From Eremomyces bilateralis CBS 781.70 (lineage: Eukaryota), in assembly GCA_010015585.1 (NCBI GenBank), contig ML975171.1: 64,000 nt of DNA. One strand, written 5' to 3'. This document shows positions 55,653 to 64,000 of the stretch, piece after piece. The position numbers were made by a program, and so were the translations under genes. The notes beneath the pieces were generated by a model. It did no database searches. It had not been told where the DNA came from and worked only from the letters and a program-made list of their open reading frames with translations. Each line of letters begins with the position of its first letter. The first letter of the stretch is position 1.

Positions 55653-57573
55653 ATGACCAGTTCGAGCTCTCCGATCGACATCGCAACCCCTCAGCGAGTC
55701 AGTTCGACAAGTCCGCGAAATCACACTTCGAACCTTACGTCGGCGCTGCGGCAAGAGGCGAACGCCGGCATGTCGCAACCCAGGCAGATCCGACCGAATG
55801 AGCGGACGGGGGCGGAACATGGCATGAACATGTTCGGGCGGCAAGATTCGATAGGAAATGGCACGGGTCTTCTGCAAGATTATTACCTCGGAGCACGTCC
55901 AATCTCAGTCGCGGAACGAAATCGTCGAGAAAGCGCTGTAGGGAGTTTAGGGAATGGAATGAGCTGGGGCGGCATATCGGTCGGAAGTTATATTCCCAAT
56001 GAGTAAGTCCTCTCGTTGGTTTCGTGTGGAAAAAGTATTGACGATCCAAGTACCATGATGGCCGGAACATCGCCATTCGGAATGTTTCAATCACCCTCAT
56101 CCTTCCATCACTCCTCGTCGTATCTACCGAAAGTCGAAGCGACCATGTTGCGGAACTACACATGCTGCGATATCCCCATCGATTCGTTGCATGATCTCCT
56201 CCAGCACTATGAAGAGCATCACTCCAATCAATCGGATCTTATCACGTCACGACCTTCGCAATCGGGTCAAGGAGGGTTCGGTCCTGGGCCTTCTCGGTTA
56301 GCGATGCAATCTGGAGGTATGACTGGTCACCGGCAACCATCGCTTCAGGGTTATAATCAATCTCAATTTGATGCACGATCCCAAGCGCCTTACACCGGGA
56401 CTCCACTATCTCCGGTTCAAGATCGAGATCCGCTAGAAGAGATGGATTTCGATGATGCTGGAGCACCTGTCACCCCGATGCAGCAGCACTTCAATGTCTC
56501 AGATCTCCGGCAACCTAGGGTGAACATGAACAACTCTCAGCAATTCCACCCTGGACTTCGAACGACCAGTCCTACGATCCCTGCGGGTGTGCAAGCCTTT
56601 TCAAATCTACAGAATAACCCGACCGTGTCTTCGGTAAATACTCCTACCCTTGGTACCAGGTCAGCGCAGCAGCCTCAGTCGCCCGATTATTCGAACGCTC
56701 CGTCCGGCGATCAATCGACTCAAAGCGCCATGGGCACCGACTACGACATTGGTAACTTCAATATGAGCGGCTTTGGTGACTCGCAATCGAACGATAGCGG
56801 TACTGTAGATTGGGGAAACATGAACGTCAACAACATGAACATTGGAGGTGGGATGTCAGGCTTAACCATCGATGAGCCGGCGAGGAACCTCAATGCGCTC
56901 GAAGGCATGACACCCCAGCAAATGCAGCAGGCACTGGCAATGCAATATGGAATCCAGAATCAGCATATGATGGCTGGCGGAGGACGAAACTTTACCACTG
57001 CTCCATCAGGACTGCAGATTCCAGAGAAGGATCCTAAGCCGTTCAAATGCCCGGTGATCGGGTGTGAGAAGACTTACAAGAACCAGAACGGGTTAAAATA
57101 TCACAAACAGGTAAGCAATATCAAGGTCCCTTATCCACACACCATCAGCTAACATGTCCCAGCACGGCCATCAAAACCAGCAACTCAGGAAGAACGAGGA
57201 CGGCACCTACTCCATCGTCGATCCCGAAACCTCGATCCCATACCCAGGCACGCTCGGAATGGAGAAGGAGAAACCATACCGGTGCCAGATTTGCGGGAAG
57301 CGATATAAGAATCTCAACGGCCTCAAATACCATAAACAGCATCAACCCGGCTGCAATCCGGACCTGCAACCGCAGATCAACGGCCCGACAAACAACAACA
57401 ACAATAGCAACGGCCCGTCAATAGCGGGAGGAGGCAACATGGGCTCGAATCCAGTGATGCCAATGGGCGTGTCCGGGATGGGCAGCATGGATTTTGGGAA
57501 TTTGGAGGCGCTGTCCTCCGGTATGGGAGACCCGAGAATGTTCATGCCTGCGGAATACCCAGCCGGCATGTAG
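55653..57573 (+). CDS. SFP1: Split C2H2 zinc-finger transcription factor Sfp1, 3 exons (possible CUG-initiated extension from 55317)
   Basis: GMSWGGISVGS, SYLPKVEA..NYTCC..LHDLLQHYEE, PFKCPVIGCEKTYKNQNGLKYH, EKPYRCQICGKRYKNLNGLKYH; introns 56003-56050 and 57111-57162. Confidence 0.93.
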
Positions 57574-60348
57574 TCAGTGACATCTCCTCGACTCGTTCGT
57601 TCTCGCATTGGATGGCACCCACACTCCTACCTTTTATCATGACGAGCCCTCTACCCGATCATCTCAAAATCCATATCCAGCGGATTATCGACACCACCGT
57701 TTCTCGTCCGCTACACCCGTATTCCACCTGACACCTCCTTTCGTTTGTCATAACCCGCACCAAAAATCCGCTCGTCTTTCACTCCATCACTCTACCTCAT
57801 TTTTGCTGCTTAGAAACGAACGGAACCACGGCTGAACTAGATCCTTGGAATACCTCATGCCCTCTGTTTTTTTCTCTCTCTTTCATTTTTTCCGAATAAA
57901 GGACCCAAAAAAGTTTGCGTATCTCCCATAGCTCAGCTCCTGCTCGGGGGACCTGGGTGTGGTTTGCTTTTTTCTCCCTTGCCGTTGCAACTTTGCCGTG
58001 TGGATTTTTATGGGGTTTTCGAACCACGGCGGCATGCGGGGATGGGGATTTGAACCCCCTTGAGCGGCGTTCATTCGGGTATCATTGTTGGTGTTGTTTT
58101 TGCATCGGCTGGTGTTTCGGAGGGGAAATTCATCGCTTTGATGTGCTACAGGAAGGATTTGCCAGTTCCTTTAATATACTCGGGCGGGTGAGGTGTTTTG
58201 CAAGACCAGGAAGGAAATCCGCATTGCAAGAGTTTCAGGAAGGGCGGTTGTTACATAGATATCGCTACTTTGGTGGAGGACGGGAGGCAGATCAGCTCGT
58301 TGAATCAAGCAATGATTTGTACTACTTGATGTTTTGCTGGCGTTCTTGCATAGTGATCGTGTCTCGTTACTCCATGAACATTCTGATTAAGAGCCCGGCC
58401 TTTCGTTTATTATCCGAAGAAGCAACGGAAGAAATACAATCCTTAGAAACCCCCGCTCCGAGGATTCCGTACCTTCGTGATATCCCAGACGGTCTATGTC
58501 CGGCAGCAAATCAAGAGGACGTGGTGCAGGGGTCGTACCAACCAAGACCCGTGCTAGCAGTTCAGACTCTCGAGGGCGGCCTTCCTGCGGCATCCCAATC
58601 ATCCAACGACATCGCTACAAGAACACGGGCGAACTGGTCCAGGTCAGCTGAGAGGTTGATAGATGGGAAGATGATTCCGGGATCTGCTCGTTGATCAGAG
58701 GGTGGGCTTATCAGGCAGGTCGAAGGGATTAGCTAGCGGGGTGAGGGCCTGAAGGGTGACTTTGCCTGCAGATGATGCAACTCCATTATTACTGCATTGT
58801 CCCAGATCAGCAACGTAGGCCTTGTTGTGCTCCCTGGCTGGAATCTGGAGGTGAGTGGGTAAGTTAGCATTTCCGGACAAAATGACATGCTCAGTTCCAA
58901 GACCAGGCACTCAACGGCGCCAAAGAAACGAAGAGTGACAGCTATGAAATGACAGTCGAATGAGAGACAGTGGGAGGAATTAGTGACGTCGATAGAGGCC
59001 AGTTTCAGGCGGTATTGCTAGCTGTGGCCGATTGGCGTAAACGGAGTCAATCCGGGGACCCGGGAGATTGAGGGTTGGAGGAACAACGCAGCAATAATAC
59101 AGTCCAGTGGCATCATCAAAACGGGAATTGGACTGAAAGAGGAGTCGTGAAGGTATTCATCCGATCCATAGGAATCGGTAATAAGAGGAATAATTAATAG
59201 GGTGCACATGCTTCTAAGGAAGGGCCAATAGACCTGCACTCCTCCATCATGAATCCTGTACTGTTTTCCATGAAGCATGTAATTAGCCATCCATTCTGAT
59301 CACAATCCCTGAATCATCCACACCCGTCACCACTTGCACCTCCACTGTACCTTACCTCTACCTTCGGTTGTAGCAAACCAGAAAGCAGCAACGGGAAAGA
59401 GGAGAGTGAGAGTGACAGAAAGCGAGAGCTTCCCACGCCACCTATGGCATTCATTGCTTCGCAGCGCTACTGACCTCCTCCCACTTCCTCCCACTCCATG
59501 TCCGACGTCCGTGCTACTACATCTTTACTGCTGCGAACATTCAACTGAACGACTGCAGTTCGTATACTGTCCCTACTCATACTATACGTAACTATTATCA
59601 CTGCTGTTCCCTCTCTTTCCGCTTCCTGAAATCCGTGTTAAATCACCATCTATCTATAAGTTCCTCGCTATCCTTTTATAAACCCCAAGCCGGAGGAAGC
59701 CTGCAATACGATACGCTGGTTCCACGTGCACTTCCACGGGCGCCTCTCCCACCGGACCATCGTATCCCCACTCACACCCGGTCGGCATCAACGAGCTCCT
59801 CGAGGACAAGATAGCATACCAACACCGAGGACGACAAAGCCGTTCGTGACATTTGACCGCCTATCATCCCCAGCGGGAGCTTTCAAGGCACATCATCCGT
59901 CCTCACATTTCCCCCGGCCACCGGAGGCAAGCGTGAATGTCGATGCTGTGAGTAGCTGGATCAATACTGATCAGCTTACTCCCAGCGACATTCAGCTTCT
60001 TTCCCACGGCTCGGGACCGTCCAGAGATCCATCGATCTGGCCGATCAACGCCATCCAAACCCTTCTGCCCCATCCGCCTCCGACCACCCCGACCCTTCTC
60101 CTCCACAGACGTCCGCCTCCCTCTCGTCCATCCCACCACCACCTCCCACCTCTTCTACCCAACCCCCTCCCTCCGAACCCGGTTCCTCGACCTCTCCAAC
60201 GACCCGTCCCAAACGCCGCCGTCGCTCATCCTCCCCCGACCTCCTCTCGCTCCCCAATTCCCCGCACGACAGAGGCCGGTCCTCCCGCTCTACCCACAAG
60301 CGCCGGCGAGCAGACGCAGCGGCGGCCGGAGCCTCCGAAGACGGTGAG

Positions 60349-62470
60349 ATGCATCTCGACTCCGACGCCGCCCGACGAGCCCAATCGCCTTCCTTCCCGC
60401 TCCAGAAGAGCCTCTCCCCGGTCCGCAGCTCCGCCGCCGCCAAGTTCACCAATGGGAAAGGTCACCCCCGGACCGACAGCAACGGTTCCGCCGAGTACAC
60501 CAACGGGAATAGCTCGCCGACCATCGCGAAGCCGCTGCCGGCCCAGTGGCATGGTCACGATCGGGAGGAGGTGACGAGGATCTTGATCCAGAGCCTGTCG
60601 GACTTAGGGTATCCGGGGGCGGCGAACCAACTAGTGAAGGAGAGCGGGTATGAGCTGGAGGCGCCGACGGTGGCGAAATTCCGGAGGGCAGTCTTGAGCG
60701 GGCAGTGGGGAGATGCAGAGACATATTTGTTTGGCAATTCTGCAGGAGACACGGAAGGGGGCGGGAAGATGGCGTGGGGATCAAGACTGCAGAGCGAGGA
60801 GGGGAGAAGATCGCATCCCTGGAACTCTCCAGGGCCGTCGAACGGATTGACGTTGGGGGAAGGGGTAAATCGGTGTGAGATGATGTTCTGGATGCGGCAG
60901 CAGAAGTATCTGGAGCTGTTGGAGTCGAGGGATATCAGTGCTGCGCTGATGGTCCTTCGCAACGAGCTCACTCCATTACATCAAGACATGGCAAGGTTAC
61001 ATTCATTATCCAGGTACCGCAGATCACTCAAAAAACTAACGTTCGGGTTGCTGACGACTCATCTAGTCTTATGATGTGCAAATCGGCCGAGGATGTGAGG
61101 CGTCAAGCACAGTGGGATGGAACAAACGGGCAATCAAGAAAACTGCTCCTGTCAGAACTGTCGAGTAAGTCCTGTATACCCTCTCTTTTGTATTGTCCCT
61201 AACAATGGAGCAGAATCAATATCGCCAAGCCAAATGATCCCAGACCATCGTCTAGCCATTCTGCTGGGCGAAGTCAAGAGCGGCTGGATTGACAAGTGCT
61301 TGTACCACAATACCGCCGAATCGCCCTCGCTATATCTGGATCATATGTGTGAGCGCGAAGACATGCCCCTAAACACCGTCACAACGCTATCACATCATTC
61401 GGATGAGGTTTGGTTCCTTGCCTTCTCCAATGACGGGACACGATTAGCCACAGCAAGCCAAGACAAAACGGTCATCATATACGAGACGGCCACTTGGCAT
61501 ACTCTGCTGACGTACACTGAGCACGATGCAGGAGTATGCTACTTGGCTTGGAGTCCCGATGACAGGAAAATAATCTCCTGTGCAAGAGAGACGGACAACA
61601 CCGCTAGAGTCTGGGACTCAAGAGTAAGTCACCCGATCATGCCAGCCAAGGTGGCCAATCTGATTTCTTCCAGACCGGTAACACCCTCATCAACCTTGAC
61701 CGTTTCACCTACGCCGTCACGGCCGCCGCCTGGGCCCCCGATGGGGAGACCTTCGTAACCGGCGCTCAAGACACCGACTGCGCCCTCTGCGTCTGGAACC
61801 TGCAAGGCGAGCGCCTCCACATGTGGACGGAAGACAACTTCCGCGTCTACGATCTCAGCCTCTCCCCGGACGGCCAACGCCTCGTGGTCCTCCTCGAGAT
61901 GCGGATCCAGGTCTACGATTTCGCCAGCCGCAAGAAGATCTGCGACTGGAACCAGAGCGACTACAAGCTGACGTCAGTGAACATCAGCCAGGACTCGCAG
62001 CATATGCTGGTGAGCATGAACGACGATACGATAAATCTGATGGTCATCGACACGGGGGAGGTGGTGCAGGGGTTTTACGGGCATAAGCAGTCCAAATTTA
62101 TGATCCGGAGTGCGTTTGGGGGAGCCAATGAGAACTTTGTGGTCAGCGGCAGTGAAGGTATCATGGGCCCTCCTCTGCAGATCCAATGAAGTCACCTAGG
62201 CTAACTGTGTGTTACTTAGATTCACGGGTACTCATTTGGAGAACTAACGGCCAGTTGGTCGAGACACTAGAGGCCCATCAACCTGCATGTGTTAATTCCG
62301 TGGTCTGGCATCCGACCAACCCACACCTATTCGCATCGGCCGGAGACGATAAGGTGGTACGAATGTAAGTGGCTTCCCATCTCCCATTTCATCAACAAAT
62401 CGTCTTACGAATACACAGATGGTCAATTCCGGGCACGAACTCCACGCACTCCAACGGCTTCGGCACCTAA
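60349..62470 (+). CDS. LisH/CTLH + WD40 protein, WDR26/Gid7-like subunit of the GID/CTLH E3 ligase; true start probably upstream
   Basis: LisH DREEVTRILIQSLSDLGY, CTLH FRRAVLSGQW, QQKYLELLE, WD repeats HSDEVWFLAFS..LATASQD, GHKQSKFMIRSAFGG, FASAGDD; stop TAA 62468-62470. Confidence 0.88.
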
Positions 62471-62898
62471 GTTTTCTACATCCTTCGATCCAAGATTCCC
62501 CTTCACTCAAGCCTGTTTCGTCGGCATTCTGAGCATTTCCCATCCCTGGTACTTGCATGATAGACTGGCGCTTTGATATCACCTTCGCACGCGTATTGGA
62601 TTGGACACATGGTCATTTATGGGACAACCGAGGGTTTCAGCTGTTCACTTGCAGAAGGTGTGTGGTTTGCGGACAGAACGCGGTCAATTCGTAGATATCC
62701 CGGCGGTTCTAGGAGCGGGGAGACAGCAATAATATTTTATCGCTCCATTCATGAGCCCCATGATAGTCTTTGATAATGTAGTCCATTTGTCTGGAAATGG
62801 TGTATCCCATAATCGACTAAGATGGATGATCCGACCCTCCCTTCGAAATAACAACAACAGCCATCATCCGTCAACAACCCAAACATGCCGAATCTGAC

Positions 62899-63492
62899 CT
62901 ACTCCGACTTGATCGACCCCATGAAGCTTGGTCGTTTGTGCTCAAATACCTCCTGCAGGGTTGGCTTCAAAGTCTCGAGCCTATTCCATTCCGATTAGTA
63001 GCCCCTCCAATAGAACGGTGCTCAGCGCGCGACTTACGTCCGATCCAGAATCGGTCCCCTGATACCGTACATCCGCCCTTCCTTTGGTCCGCCCTCCGAA
63101 TAGACGTGACACCCGCATGTCCCACAGAATATTCTGCGAAATCCAATTAACGCCGGGCCGCCTCGAGTTGGCAATCGTCCCATGAACTTACTTCGTCTTC
63201 GGGTTCCCACTCATCGTGTCCTCCATCGTATACCCCTTCCGCACGGAATCCGGATCCTCGATCTTGACCTGCTCGGACGTATAGAGGACTGCCTACATCA
63301 AATTATTAGCAACGGTTGCCAATGCAGGAATCCGCGTATCGTTGGACTTACCACCTGGCTCGACCCCCCACTGTTGATGCGGCAATGGCTGCAGAAACAC
63401 ATGTTTACACCGATTGGAACATCGGTCACGGTGACCTTGACAGCGCCACAGTCACAGCTGCCTGACATAGTTTCGGGTACTGAGGTCGACAT
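62899..63492 (-). CDS. Second GFA / Mss4-like zinc-binding protein, 4 exons
   Basis: GSCDCGAVKV, MCFCSHCRINSG, SGNPKTKIFCGTCG; three GTAAGT..AG introns; stop TAG 62899-62901. Confidence 0.8.
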
Positions 63493-64000
63493 TCTTCTTG
63501 TTATTATAGCTGGATGCTTCTCGAAATGAACCTAGATCGTGGAAAGTAGCGACTCTGGTGATGATGGGATGTCGAAGGGGGGAGTGTGGTGTGCTGGCTG
63601 ATTGGCATGCTTAGCCGTGTGATAATGGCGGTTTATATATGCGAATGAAAGCCATCCTGAGTCGGGTCGGGCGGTGATAGCAATTCGCCGACCAACGCGC
63701 CCTATGCAGGTACTTGTAGACGCGTGGATAATGGCGTTGGGGAGCATCTTGAAATGGTCGAGATGTCGGCGTTTGGAAGAGAAATACACCGATATATGTA
63801 CAGGAACCTTACTTACCCCTTGTGTGTTCCAGGTGCAGATCACCCAAAAGAGGACTAAATAAAGCGATTGATGACAGATAAATTCGCTGATGAGACCGCG
63901 GCCTTTTGAATTCACATCGTCGTGGTTTTTATAATCGTGTCTAATACCGTATCCACAGGACGGAGATTCAGCTTATTTGCATCCGATGTGTCGGTGCTCT

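Noticed and set aside
57915..58694. 259-aa ORF after SFP1
   Set aside because: TTG start, lies in T/G-rich 3'-UTR-like sequence, no recognisable motif; likely spurious
59726..60574. 282-aa Pro-rich ORF
   Set aside because: GTG start and overlaps the WD gene in another frame; explained by C-rich composition (relevant only as a possible uORF frame)

Overview
Eukaryotic DNA from a filamentous ascomycete (Pezizomycotina-type): genes have short GT-AG introns (mostly ~45-60 nt) with CTRAY branch sites. About 20 intron-containing, mostly housekeeping genes are recognisable: two GFA/Mss4-like zinc proteins, an inositol polyphosphate 5-phosphatase, a CHY zinc-finger protein, proteasome alpha4 (PRE6), a DLD2-type FAD dehydrogenase, cysteine synthase, condensin Cnd3/Ycg1, a GH1 beta-glucosidase, a bZIP factor, a 2OG-Fe(II) oxygenase, Uba4/MOCS3, Nup85, a Ysc84-domain protein, Rtc3, a RhoGEF, Nas2, Ran, an aldehyde dehydrogenase, Sfp1 and a WDR26/Gid7-like WD protein. 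I saw no tRNA, rRNA, transposon or secondary-metabolite cluster. The most interesting signals are post-transcriptional. SFP1 has an AUG-free ~710-nt leader with an in-frame CUG in a strong start context. The neighbouring WDR26-like gene has a similar unresolved AUG-less N-terminus. A long structured intron in the 2OG oxygenase carries competing stems beside cryptic donors. The bZIP gene has a possible cassette exon and uORFs. Repeated sub-kb C-rich-to-G-rich skew flips also occur. Exon boundaries were read by eye and protein calls come from motif recognition, not database searches.
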